From the NCBI RefSeq assembly GCF_009914755.1, contig NC_060933.1: a stretch of DNA of 64,000 bases. One strand, given 5' to 3'. Positions 1 to 20,321 of this stretch are shown here, piece after piece. This DNA is from the human T2T-CHM13v2.0 reference genome, Homo sapiens. The notes under the pieces are model-generated. The model was not told the DNA's origin. It did no database searches and saw only the letters and a list, made by a program, of their open reading frames with translations. Position 1 is the stretch's first letter. Every line of letters starts with the position of its first letter. A program made the translations under genes and the position numbers.

Positions 1-1045
1 TCAGACATAAAATTTCACTTATTAGGAATATGTAACATGCTAAAACTTTTTTTTTTTTAAAGAGTACTGAGTCACAACATGTTTTAGAGCATCCAAGTAC
101 CATATAATCCAACTATCATGGTAAGGCCAGAAATCTTCTAACCTACCAGAGCCTAGATGAGACACCGAATTAACATTAAAATTTCAGTAACTGACTGTCC
201 CTCATGTCCATGGCCTACCATCCCTTCTGACCCTGGCTTCCAGGGACCTATGTCTTTTAATACTCACTGTCACATTGGGCAAAGTTGCTTCTAATCCTTA
301 TTTCCCATGTGCACAAGTCTTTTTGTATTCCAGCTTCCTGATAACACTGCTTACTGTGGAATATTCATTTGACATCTGTCTCTTTTCATTTCTTTTAACT
401 ACCATGCCCTTGATATATCTTTTGCACCTGCTGAACTTCATTTCTGTATCACCTGACCTCTGGATGCCAAAACGTTTATTCTGCTTTGTCTGTTGTAGAA
501 TTTTAGATAAAGCTATTAATGGCAATATTTTTTTGCTAAACGTTTTTGTTTTTTACTGTCACTAGGGCAATAAAATTTATACTCAACCATATAATAACAT
601 TTTTTAACTACTAAAGGAGTAGTTTTTATTTTAAAGTCTTAGCAATTTCTATTACAACTTTTCTTAGACTTAACACTTATGATAAATGACTAACATAGTA
701 ACAGAATCTTTATGAAATATGACCTTTTCTGAAAATACATACTTTTACATTTCTACTTTATTGAGACCTATTAGATGTAAGTGCTAGTAGAATATAAGAT
801 AAAAGAGGCTGAGAATTACCATACAAGGGTATTACAACTGTAAAACAATTTATCTTTGTTTCATTGTTCTGTCAATAATTGTTACCAAAGAGATAAAAAT
901 AAAAGCAGAATGTATATCATCCCATCTGAAAAACACTAATTATTGACATGTGCATCTGTACAATAAACTTAAAATGATTATTAAATAATCAAATATATCT
1001 ACTACATTGTTTATATTATTGAATAAAGTATATTTTCCAAATGTA
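1..1045 (+). other. IL33: Distal 3'UTR / terminal exon end of an upstream gene, probably IL33
   Basis: Unique AT-rich non-coding sequence with several AATAAA hexamers (898-903, 962-967, 1022-1027). The identification comes from recollection of the IL33 mRNA end and of a SELENOT pseudogene lying downstream; it has not been checked by alignment. Confidence 0.55.
1022..1027 (+). terminator. Polyadenylation signal AATAAA (likely terminal site)
   Basis: The last AATAAA of the unique block, followed by GT/T-rich sequence about 20 nt later. Confidence 0.55.
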
Positions 1046-1096
1046 TGTGAGACTATAATGATTTTATCATATGATGACTCAATATTCTGAAATTTC

Positions 1097-7528
<6,432 letters not shown>

Positions 7529-8320
7529 ATATTCTGAAATTCTTAAGTGAAAGTAAGCATATTCCAATCTACCAATGTTGGTATCCGGAGTAGGTCATTA
7601 CCTGATAATTTTGGTTATTCAAAACTAAGTAATATTTTCAAGAGAAGAGATTGTGTCTTTTTCACCTTTGTACTGTCAGTGCCCATACTGGTGGGTGGCA
7701 AGAAGGTGTTCAATGACTTTTACTCAGAATCAAACATCTAACAGGTACCTGCACCAGAACCTTGATCTGATCATTCTGACTCCTTAGGTAGATAACTTTC
7801 AACTCAGCTCACTTATTTTCTGTGTTTAAGTTTCCTTTTTTTAAAAAAAAAATTTCCACCATCATTATAGTCAGTATAATTTGATTAAAATATTCAAATA
7901 TGGGGTGGCATTTTTGTCACTTACCTGTATGTGTTTTCATGGTCCAAATACACATTACTGGAAAGAATTTGTTCATTTCATTGTATCAGGAAGGATAATT
8001 GTGTCAAAACTTACTTTTTCCTCATTTTATTTGTCTTCTTTAGGTTTTTATGTATTTACTGACTATCTTGAAATACTGTCAAGAAAATTTTATTTGAACG
8101 AGTAAAATGACTTAGAATCGGGAAGAAATAAGTAAGAGTTGAGATTCAGGGGGAATTTGGAAAGAAAATTGCCAACCTAATTTGAAAACAGCAGCTTGAT
8201 TTAAAACTAAAACAATTTATTCATAATCCCCACTTCTGCAGAACAAAATAAGCCAAAAAATAATTTCAATCCTTGTGCCTCACACTGAAAAATTTCATGA
8301 TGGATAGAAATCTTCAGCTG

Positions 8321-8787
8321 CAATCCCATTACTGGGTATATACCCAGAGGAATAGGAATACAAATCTTTCTACCATAAATATACATGCACACAAATGTTC
8401 ATTGCAGCACTATTCACAATAGCAAAGACACGGAATCAACCTAAATGTCCATCAGTGACAGACTAGATAAAGAAAGTGTGGTACATATACACACTAGAAT
8501 ACTATGCAGTCATGAAAAAGAATGAGATCATGTCTTTTGTGGGAATATGGATGGAGCTGGAGGTCATTATGAATTTATAAATACAAGTAGACTGGGGTCT
8601 ACTTGAGGGTGGAGGGTGGGAGGAGGGAGATGAACAGAAAAGTTAACTATTGGGTACTGGGCTTAATTCCTGGGTGATGAAATAATCTGTACAACAAACT
8701 CCCATGACATGAGTTTACCTATGTAACAAACCTTCACTTGTACCCTCTAACCTATAACAAAAGTTTAAAAAAAATAATTTTAAAAAC
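8321..8787 (+). mobile_element. 5'-truncated older L1PA (PA13-16-like) 3' end with an internal deletion
   Basis: L1 3'UTR motifs and an A-rich tail. Perfect 15-bp TSD AGAAATCTTCAGCTG (8306-8320 / 8788-8802). Confidence 0.85.
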
Positions 8788-8971
8788 AGAAATCTTCAGC
8801 TGTGGTATGCCAGTGGGTGGTTGGAGTAGTAGGCTTGTCCCAAAACTCCTTCTCCCTTCAAGTATAAGCCTATACAGCCCTGAAATCTCATCTTCTAGCA
8901 GTTATACATCAAATAGGTGCCATATGTACTGTGACTTTGCTAGGCACCATGACAGCACAAAAGAAACTTAA

Positions 8972-9315
<344 letters not shown>

Positions 9316-9757
9316 CCCTAAAACGTGTACCATATGTATTATAACTCCAACTCTGCAGTACAGTTGTACAAAGGTGAGAAAGATCAGTGTGGATTTGTCA
9401 TCAGGGAAAGAAATATAACTGAATTGTCTATCCCCATACCCTAACACCCATCCCTATCTATTCTTATATCCATTCTCAAGGTCTTGTTAAGCAGGTTCCT
9501 CATGTAGGTCTTAGGTAAAAGGGGTAAATTCAGTTGTTTTAACCCCTTTAGTGGTCAGGATTATATATGGGGACTTAGGAATCTGAGGAAATAAATCAAG
9601 AGATGAAAGTGATTGTGAGTTGGTAGAGGGAGGATCGATGAATTATTTCCTGCTGAAGTGCCAAGATGACTGTGATGGTTAATATTAGGTGTCAACTTGA
9701 CTGAATTGAGGGATGCCTACATGGCTGGTAAAGTATTATTTCTGGGTGTGTCTGTGA

Positions 9758-10111
<354 letters not shown>

Positions 10112-10505
10112 TGAAAAAGGAAGAACCACCCTCAATGTGGGTAGGCACCATTCAATCAGCCACCAGCACAACTAGAACAAAGCAGGTGGAAGAAGGGTGA
10201 TAAACTTACTAACTTAGTCTTCTCACTCTCTTCCCTTGCCGGGCACTTGCTTCCTTTCCTCCTATCCTCGGACATCAGACTCTAGGTTCTTCAGCTTTGG
10301 ACTCTGAGATTTGCACTAGTGGCCTCCCAGGGGCTCTTGGGCCTTCAGCCTCAGACTGAAGGCCACACTTTCAGCCTCCCTGGAATTGAGGCTTTCTATC
10401 TTGGACTAAACCGCTCTACCAGCTTCTCTTTTTCCCCAACTTGTAGATGGCCTATTTTGGGACTTCACCTTTTAATCGTGTGAGCCAATTATCCTTAATA
10501 AACTC

Positions 10506-10548
<43 letters not shown>

Positions 10549-10681
10549 GTGTATATATACATTGTGTGTGTGTGTATATATATATATAGATATATATATC
10601 TATATATATATATCTATATAGCTATATATATATATATCTATATAGCTATATATATATATATATATCTATATCTATCTATCT
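10506..10681. repeat. Compound microsatellite (AGAT)10-(TG)n-(TA)n-(TCTA)n
   Basis: Read directly from the sequence. Confidence 0.95.
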
Positions 10682-11276
10682 CCTACTGGTTCTGTCCCTC
10701 TGGAGAACCCTGACTAATACAAAGATGAAATACTTGTCCAAGTTTAATTACAGTCCCTAGCACAGAGGATGCGCCCACAAAGAGATCACGTGAATCAGTG
10801 TCCAATGTATTAAGAGCAGGGTTGGTTTGCTGCTTATAGGCTGTGCAACTTTGGTAAGGTAAGTAACCTCTCTCAATATCTATTTCTCCTCTGTAAATAG
10901 GGAGTACCAAATATTGTAATTGTCTACCTAATATCCACAACCACCATCCCTACTGCTTTACCAATAGACCCTCATTTTTTTTTTTTTACCAGACAACAGT
11001 GCACACAACTAAAAATACACTCTTTCCCAGATTCCCATGCAGCTAGATGGGGTAACCATTTGGCATAGTTCTGGACAATAAAATATAAGCAGGATAATGG
11101 TTTAAGAAAAACTTCTTTTAAAAAGACATATTTGACTGGCATGCCCTTTTTCAGTCTTTTACCCCTTCTCTTCCTGCCTGAGCCATAGATAGGATGCTGA
11201 ATGCAGAGCAGCTAACTTCTGACCACAAGGTGATGAGCATGGGGACAAAGGCCTACAGATTAGAAGTGGCAGGAGG

Positions 11277-11568
11277 GGCCCGGCCAGGCTCACGCCTGTA
11301 ATCCTAGCACTTTGGGATGCCAAGGTGGGCAGATCACTTGAGATCAGGAGTTCAAGACCAGCCTGGCCAACATGATGAAACCCCATCTATACTAAAAATA
11401 CAAAAATTACTGAGTATGGTGGCGCACTCCTGTAATCCCAGCTACTCGGGAGGCTGAGGCAGGAGAATTGCTTCAACCTGGGAGGCAGAGGCTGCATTTA
11501 GCTGAGATCACGCCACTGTACTCTAGCCTGGGTGACAAAGCAAGAGTCTATCTCAAAAAAAAAAAAAA
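11277..11568 (+). mobile_element. AluS
   Basis: Dimer with an A tail and a GGCAGGAGGG flanking repeat. Confidence 0.9.
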
Positions 11569-11597
11569 GGCAGGAGGGAAAGATGAAGGAATCCTGG

Positions 11598-12106
11598 TGT
11601 AGTAGACAATATTGGTGCTCTGTCCAAATTCCCTTGGATTTCTTTATATTGGATTATTTGATACTATTTCCATATGTGCCACACACCCATACCACCACTA
11701 TCTTCCATGTTCTTTCAAAATCCAGCATTTGTAGCTCTTGTAAGGATTGCCTTTGTGGTATTGATGCTGCTTTGCCCCCTCGCATGGAGAGATGAAAATG
11801 TCTATGAGTTTGCATTACTCCCACCAGCCTCACAAGGCTTTTGAAAGCCCAGCTCCCCAGTTCTTGGGTGGAATACCTCTGTCTTAAATTTCACTCAAAA
11901 ATTCTCCCATGGGGCTCATGCTGAATCTGCCCTGTTCTGCACTTTAGCATGAGATCACATTCTTAGATTCCTGCTTGTCCCTGCCCTGTCTTGCCCTGCC
12001 CTGACCTGACTGCCTTATCAGTATTTCTTGGGAATACTTCCTTAGTAAATCACATTATCATAATCCTTAACTCAGGATCTCCTCCTGGGGAAACTAATGT
12101 AAGATA
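11598..12106 (+). mobile_element. LTR16-like (ERVL) solo LTR nested in MLT1
   Basis: TGTAG... start and ...CTCAGG..GGGAAACTAATGTAAGATA end. Near 5-bp TSD CCTGG/CCAGG. Confidence 0.5.
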
Positions 12107-12572
12107 CCAGGTCGCATGTGACATTGGAGAGCTGCCATATCAATCTTGTAGTACTAACTGCAAACTTTATGTTGAGAGAAAAATAAACCCATGTTTGCTT
12201 AAGCTAGTGTTGGGTTTTCTGTTGAATATGCCTTAAAGCAAACTTAACCCATAGAAGACATGAAGGTAACACCTGCTTCTCAGGCCACTGATAAGAATTG
12301 CCTGGCACATAGCAAGCACTCAGTGAAAGTTAGCTTAGAAAAACCAACCAACCCGACTGATAAGAAGAACACTTTTTCTTAGGTACAATTAGAACACAAT
12401 CAAATGACTCCACAACTTTAAGAGAATTTATTTTCTGAGAGATAAAATACGAAGCAGAAATCAGAAAGATGAAATCTGACAGGTATTAATCTACAAAACG
12501 AATCTACGAAAGAAATAGATATTTATTTATACTTCTCAACCTACAAATAGGTTTCATAAATTCTTTCATATA

Positions 12573-12920
12573 TGTCTTAGTTCATTCAGGCCATGATAAC
12601 AAAATTAACTGGGTAGCTTATAAACAACATAAACTTATTTCTAACAGTTCTGTAGGCTGGGAAATCCAAGATCAAGGCACTGGCAGATTCATTGTCTCGC
12701 AAGGGCCTTTTCAACCTAGACAGCATCTTTTGGTCATAACCTTACATGGCCAGAATGGCTACCTAACTCTCTGGAGTCTCTTTTATAAGGCACAAATTCT
12801 ACTCATGAAGGCTCCACCTTCATGACCTAATAACTTCCCAAAGGTCTCGCCTCCTAATACCATCACCTTGGGGGTTAGAATTTCAACACTTGGGGGGACA
12901 CAACCATTCGGACCACAGCA
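12573..12920. mobile_element. MST/MLT1A-type MaLR solo LTR
   Basis: TGTCTTAGTTCATT...GGACCACAGCA termini. TSD ATATA/ATATG. Confidence 0.8.
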
Positions 12921-13059
12921 ATATGCATAGAATATTACATTATAAATATAAAAAATGTAATAGTAAAAATCCTTCAAAAGATCATTGCATAAAAGTGCAG
13001 ATGTTCCAAGACACAGGAATTGGATAACTAAAAATTTATATAATAATTTATTAATATTA

Positions 13060-13625
13060 AATAGGTCAGAAAAAAATAGAGAAATCAAAAGTTGTATATT
13101 GAAAAAATCAATAAAATTGATAAACCTTTGTCTAGACTGATCAGGAAAAAAAAAGAAAGAGGACACAAATTACCATTATCCATAATAAGAGAGTTAACAT
13201 CAGTAGAGATTCTAAAGATATTAAAAATAATAAGATGGAAATATTATAGGCATCACTACATCAATAAATTTGACAACCGTAATGAAAACAGACAAATTCC
13301 TTGAGAGGCACAGACTACCAAGATTCACTCAAGAAGAAACAGGAAACATTAATAGCCCTCTATCTATTAAGGAAATTAAATGTAAAGCTCAAAATCTCAT
13401 AAGAAAACTTCAACCTTCATTAGTGAATTCTTCCAAACATTTAAGGAGAAATAATATGAAATATATACAAACTCTTTCAGAAAAACTGAAGAGGAGGAAG
13501 TTTTATTTAATTTTTCTATGAGGCAAAATACACTGATATCAAAAACAACAATACAAGAAAACTACAGACCAATGTTTTTCATCAACAGAGACACAAGAAT
13601 TCTACAGAATTCCATAAAAATTTTA
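13060..13625 (+). mobile_element. Old L1M ORF2 fragment
   Basis: Degenerate translation includes EKINKIDKPL, DKFLE and ENYRP. Confidence 0.75.
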
Positions 13626-15009
13626 GCAGCCAGGCATGCTGGCTCACATCTATTATCCCAGCACTTTGGGAGGCTGAGGCAGGAGTATCACTTGAGAAAA
13701 TGACGCTGTCAGAAACAGAAATGAGGAGGTGGGAAACAGAAATTAGTATGAAGGAAGATAATGAGTTTGTTAGGACAGGTTGAGGGTCAACTGACAATGG
13801 GATTATTAAATGGAAATACAGTTGGAAATATAATTGGTACATTCAAAAATCTTGAAGCACAGTTGGTAATCAAAACATTAGTTGTCTTCCACCATCCCTT
13901 TATTCAACTCCTCCCTCTTATACTTTTCCATTCATTCTTAAGTAATAGACAGTCCTACTGTCATATTAAGTTGCAAATACAGTCTCAACTCAATAATTAG
14001 AATGTCCAGTTCCATGAATAGACAAACCTCTGAACTCAGTTTAGCCTCCCAAAGCCTCTGCTGGTTCACTCTGCTCTATGTGGCCCCTCATGGCATGTGG
14101 GGTTGCTCTTTCCCCACCCTGTGTGTATATGTGACTAATAAACCACTGCCAATCTCATCTGACCGGTATTGGCTGTTGTGTGTTCAGCCATCTCAAGGTC
14201 CTCCCTTTCCTTAACTAACAGAGTGGATAGGAAGTGTTCAGAACAGCTGGAAGCCTGCTGCAGGTTGAGGAAGGAGTAGTTAACAGACATCAAGGACTCT
14301 CAGACCCCTGACCCTCTTCATTCCTCACTCCACATTGCCCTCCACACTCCCCTGCCCAAGATCATCAGCTCCCAGGGTTTTAGCTGCCCCTTTATTGACT
14401 GATAACTCTCCAGACCAGATATTCTTCCTGAGTTGCAAGCCAGCTGTGCTTCCAATTGCCTATGGAACAGCACCATTTAGATATGATGCATGGTCACTGA
14501 TCACCTGGACTTTAGGTTACTTCTTTGCATGATCTTCTCTCTCACAGCAAGACCTTTTGGGTCTGTAATATCTGAGACTGAGATAAAAAAGAGACTTGCT
14601 TTATCCTGAATTCTGACACCTGGAGTTGCCTGCCTGCCTGTAAGCTTTCTCTTTATCAATCTTTGGACTTTCCTAGTCCCCCCTTCTTGCCTAGGCTGAG
14701 GCCCTAAGCTGCTGCTCACTATTCATTCCTGACATTGAGCCTAATATTTGCAAAGGCTGGAGTCCAAAGAGATGTCAGTATTATACAACGTCAAATTTAT
14801 CTAAGACAAAAATAGTCAGGTTCTGCTTAAGGTACATGACATGATCAAAGCTTCCTTAACACACTAAACCTAAAGAGAAATGTGGCATTTTTATGGACTC
14901 AACTGCCAATCACATTTGAGTAGGACCATTCCAGAAACCACAGAACTAATCAATAAAGCAGCCACGGATTGTGGGTTACTTTTGTGTTGAGCCTCCATAT
15001 TAATAGAAG

Positions 15010-15240
15010 CATGATAGACAAAAAAGAGCATGAACTTTGGTACTAGAGAGATCCTGGTTCTAATTTCAATTTCTTCCAGCTATGGGACTTCATTCCACTC
15101 TGAACCTCAGTCTCTTTGCCTATAAAATGGGGCTAATACATCACTTAGACAGGGATTTTGAGAAGATGGGATAAGGACATGACCGTAAGCACTTAGCACA
15201 ATGCCTAGCATAAATTAGGTCAACCAGTGTTAATCCTATT
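15010..15240 (+). mobile_element. MIR
   Basis: Core CTCTGAACCTCAGT...TATAAAATGGGG. Confidence 0.65.
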
Positions 15241-15875
15241 TCTCCTCCTCCACATTCATTTATAATTTAAAACCCAACCAGCCTTTTTCTTTCCCCTCAA
15301 AAGAGGCCTACTTGTCAAAGAGTCACACTCAAGGAAAACAAACAAAGGAGGAACTGGCCAGATGCTCCCTTAGGTCAGAACATTGCAGCTGTATGAGTCC
15401 TCAAACAGAGTGTTTTGTAAGTTAAACACAGCCAAGAGAGCTAACTATGTTTCTACTTGTTGGTGCTGATAATATGATATTGTGCAATAGTGGCCTTTGC
15501 TTCTGTTAAAAGAATTATTTTATTCCATGACATTAAACAAACAGTTTGGAATTTTGGAATGAGCCTTAGCTGGGACACTACCAGTTTGGCCTAAACAGTA
15601 TCTATTCAGTGAGCAATCTTAAGTAATTATGGTAAAGCATTTTAAGGAGAACAGGATGAACTGATTTAGTAATTCAGTTTCATGCAACTACAACTTATTT
15701 AATAGAATTTTTCCTATTTTTCCCTGGAACTATCACCAAGACCCCATTGCTAGAAACAAAAACAGTAAAGTACCCAATATTTGAAATTCAGCTATTTGGG
15801 GCAGCAGTCTCTCCCTTGACACATCCTTCCCCTTCCTTGTAAAAGAGGACTAAGAGGTGATAGAAGTCATCTTAC

Positions 15876-16173
15876 TTTTTTTTTTTTTAGCAGGGTCTCG
15901 CTCTGTTGCCCAGGCTGGAGTGCAAAGAGGTAATCACGGCTCACTGCAGCCTCAACCTCCCACCTTATTAAGTGATCCTCCTGCCTCAACCTCCTGAGTT
16001 GCTGTCACTACAGGCATGTGCCACCACGCCTGGTTAATTTTTTTCTTGTTTCTTGTAGAAATGAGGTCTCACTATGTTGCCCAGCCTAGTCTTGAGCTTC
16101 TGGCCTCAAGTGATCCTCCTACCTTGCCCTCCCAAATTGCTGGGATTACAGGTGTGAGCCACTGCACCTGGCC
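15876..16173 (-). mobile_element. AluJ
   Basis: Diverged dimer. AAGTCATCTT flanking repeat. Confidence 0.85.
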
Positions 16174-16646
16174 AAAAAGTCATCTTTTTGAGGAACACTA
16201 AGTTTGTAAAGAGGAAAAAAATCCCCTTCCCTTTATTTATTGGAAACCAAAAGTGAACATTTCCCATAAAATAAAAAAATATGGCTAAATTTGGGGAGCC
16301 AGCCAAAGGATACTAATATTTGATTACTTGGCTGGTGCCTGCTCTACTACAGGTCCTGCCCAAATACTACTGAGCCAGGGAAGGCATGTTTAGGAAAGAA
16401 TCTGGAATGGTCCAATAACAGTTTGAGAAACTTTATAAGACTGTTCTTTCAGTATTTGACAGAATAATTATACCAAAAAAAATCATTAATTATAGAGAAG
16501 ACTGACAACACTATCAACTAAATTGACCTAGTGGACATTTACAGAACACTCTACCTAACAACAGCAGAATATACATTATTTTCAAAGCACCTAGAACATT
16601 CACCAAGAAACACAAAACAACTGAAATCACATTAAGTATGTTCTCA

Positions 16647-16948
<302 letters not shown>

Positions 16949-19002
16949 CTTACCTGACCACATTAGAATTAAATTAGAAGTCAATAAGAGAAAGATATTT
17001 GGAAAATCTCCAAGTATTTGGAAATTAAACAATACTTTTCCATAACTATATACCCCAAAAAAATCACAACGAAAATTAGAAAATATTTTATTTAAATGAA
17101 AATAAATGTAATATGTCAAAATAAGTGGGACACAGCTAGAGTAATGTTTAAAGGGAAGTTTACAACATTAAATGCTTATTTTAGCAAAGTCTCAAATCAG
17201 TGCTATAAACCTCCACATTAAAAACTAGCAAAAGAAAAGCAAATTAAACCCAAAGCAAGAAGAAAAGATATAATAAATGGGAGAAATCAGTGAAATAGAA
17301 AACAAACAAACAAACAAAAAAACAAATAAATAAGCCCTGGTTCTTTAGATAGCTCAGAAAAACTGATAAACCTGCCACTAGACTGGTCAACAACAACAAC
17401 AAAAAGATGTAAATTATCAATATCAGGAATGAAAGAAGAGGCATCACTATCAATCCCATAGGACAATAAGAGAATACTTTTAAAATATTTTTGTTAATAT
17501 ATTTGAAAGCTTACATGAAATGGACAAATTCCTTGAAATCATTACTCACACTCACTGAAGAAGAAATAGATAATTTGAATAGCCATGTTTATTAAAGAAA
17601 TTGAAATCATAGTTAAAACTTTGCCACAAAGTGAACTCCAGGCCTAAATGACTTCACAGGTGAGTTCTAGCCAGCAATTAAGGAAGAAATTATACCAATT
17701 TTACACAAACTTTTCCAGAAAAATAGAAAGGAGGGAAACAAAAACTCATTTTATGATGACAGCATTATCCCCAATAGCAAAACCAAATATGTTTCAAGAA
17801 ACTAAAACAGAACAACCAATATCCTTCCTGAATATCAACTCAAAAATATTTAACAAAATATTGATAAGTTGAAACCAGTAATATATAAAACATAATACAT
17901 TATTAAATGTGATTTATTCCAGGTATGCAGGGTTGGTTCCACATTTGAAAATCAATCATAATCAAATTCATTATATCAACAAATTCAAAACCAAAATGAT
18001 ATCTTAATAAATACAGAAAAGGACTTGCAAAATTCAACATCCCTTTGGGATTAAAAACTATCAGCAAACTAGAGATAAAAGGGAACTTCCTCAACATGAT
18101 AAAAATCATCTACACAAAACATAAATTTAACCTCATCTTCAATTCTGAAAGGCTGAATGCTTTCCCTCTATAGCAATCAGCAAGGATGTCTGTTCTCACT
18201 ATGTCTATTTTAATATTGTACTGGAGATACTAACCAGCACAATCAGGCAAGAAGAAGAAATAAAAGCCAATAGATTAAAAAAAAGCAAAACTATCTTTAT
18301 CTGCAGATGACATGATCTTATATATTGAAAATTCTAAAGAAGCAATGAAAAAAAGTTATTAGAACTTACAAGTAAATTTAGTAAGGTCACAAGACATAGG
18401 GCCAATATACAAAAATGTATGCAGTATATATTTCTTATATACTATCAAAAAATAATTATAAACTAAAATGTGAAAAAATATATACAATAGAATCAAAACA
18501 AAAAATACATAGGAATACACTTAACAAAATATTTCAAGGCCTATACCACAAAAACCATAAAATATTACTGAGAAAAGTTCTTAAAGATGTAACTAAATGA
18601 AGAGCTATACCACATGTATGCATAGAAATAATCAATATTAATATGTTAATTCTTCCAAATTTATCTATAGATTTAGTGCTATCCCTGTCAATGCCACAGC
18701 AAGTTTTTTCAATAGAAATTGATAAGCTGATTATAAAATTTAAATGAAAATCTCAAGGACCTAGAAGAGACTCTTAAAAAAAGTTTAAAAGAGCACTTGA
18801 AGTCTCACACTACCTGATTTCGAGACCAGCTACAAAGCTACAGTAATGAAGACAATGTGACCTTTAAAGATAGACATATAAGTCAGTGGAACAGAAGAGT
18901 GTAGAAATTGCTCCAACCATATATGGTCAATTGCCTTTCAACAAAGATGTAAATCAGTGGAGAAAGGATGCTTTTTCAACAAATGGTGCTTGGATAATTG
19001 GA

Positions 19003-19522
19003 CATCTGTAAGAAAGAAAGGGGGGAGAAAGGGAGGAAAGGAGGTAAAAAGCAGGGAGGGAGGGAAGGGAAGGAAAACAAGGAAGGGAAGGAGAGGAAAG
19101 AAGAAAAGGTAAGGAAGCGAAGGAAAAAATGAACATCTGTCTTTATTTCACGTTACACACAAAAATTAATTTAAAAAGACACAGACCTAAATACAAGAGC
19201 TAAAACTATAAAACTTCCCTAAGAAAACGCAGGAAAAAATCTGTAAGAAAGAAGACATCTGTAAGAATCCGTAAGGGCATCTGTAAGAATCCGTAAGGGC
19301 ATCTGTAAGAAAGAAGACGGAGGGAGAGAGGGAGGGAAGGAGGAAAAAAGCATGGAGGGAGGGAAGGGAAGGAGAGGAAAGAAGAAAAGGTAAGGAAGCG
19401 AAGGAAAAAATGAACATCTGTCTTTATTTCATGTCATACACAAAAATTAATTTAAAAAGACACAGACCTAAATATAAGAGCTAAAACTATAAAACTTCCC
19501 TAAGAAAACGCAGGAAAAAATC
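19003..19522 (+). repeat. Tandem duplication (~230 bp x2) with a templated junction
   Basis: Copy 1 at 19003-19241 and copy 2 at 19300-19522. The junction contains CATCTGTAAGAATCCGTAAGGG twice. Confidence 0.92.
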
Positions 19523-20058
19523 GGCACCTGACGCTGAGCAGCCGAGCATGCGACGTGGCCTGCACCTTGCACAGGGCCTAGGAACCCGTGGCCGCCTTGA
19601 GGGCTGAGGGTGGGCACTACCGACGCTGCCACGACCAGGTTCAGCCCTTGTTGCACAAATTCACCAAAAAAAAAGAAAAATGAATGGATAAGAGAAAATG
19701 GTATTGGAACAGTGGGAATCAGCAATTTTGCACAGGAAGCTTTTTGGGAGATGTTTACTGTAGTATGCCTGAAATTGGGACAAAATCGAACAAACGAGAC
19801 TAGTTTAGTGCTTTGGAAAGTGTGAAAGCTGCTACTGAACTTTATTCTCCTCTATCAGAAGAAGTTACCAAAATTAATGAAGCTCTTGTAGAAAATCCAG
19901 GACTTGTCAGTAAATCTTGTTATGAAGATGGTGGGCTGATCAAGATGACACTGAGTAACCCTTCAGAACTAGATGAACTGATAAATGCAGAGGCATATGA
20001 GAAATATGTAAAATCTACTGAGAGGTGAAAATGGAACCCCTAGAAAAACTAGTATGAA
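19523..20058 (+). pseudogene. GCSH: Processed pseudogene of glycine cleavage system H protein
   Basis: Intronless and frameshifted. Peptides ENGIGTVGISNFAQEA and [14 protein letters not shown]...[14 protein letters not shown], including the lipoyl-Lys motif. A short 3'UTR remnant follows. Confidence 0.93.
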
Positions 20059-20064
20059 ACAAAA

Positions 20065-20321
20065 TTATTTAAAAAGAGTACACACTCTATGATTCTATTT
20101 ATATAGCATTCTAAAAAGCCAAACACTATATTAGACAGTAGTGGTTGCCTAGGGCAGGGATGGATTACAAAAGGACAACCTTTTGCAGTGATGGAAATGT
20201 CCTATATCTTGATTGTGGTGGTGGTTATACATCCGTATACTGCTAAAACTCATCAAACTATATACTTTAAAATGATGAGTTTTACTGTATTAAAACTATC
20301 CCTCAATAAACCTGACTAAAA
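20065..20321 (+). mobile_element. L1M(E)-type 3' end
   Basis: GTGATGGAAATGTCCTATATCTTGATTGTGGTGGTGGTTA motif, then AATAAA. Confidence 0.7.

Larger units (their letters stand above)
10915..12255 (+). mobile_element. Old MLT1 (MaLR) LTR split by an AluS and a second LTR
   Basis: MLT1-like motifs at 11000-11270. 3' end AATAAACCCATGTTTGCTTAAGC at ~12180-12255. Confidence 0.55.

Noticed and set aside
275-565. Short ORFs in the first kilobase as coding exons
   Set aside because: Low-complexity UTR-like composition and no recognisable protein similarity.
13955-14250. Possible LTR fragment with AATAAA
   Set aside because: LTR-like, but I could not assign a family or termini with confidence.
19256-19320. 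Short direct repeats resembling a CRISPR-like array
   Set aside because: Only two identical 22-mers with no unique spacers, in a eukaryotic repeat context.
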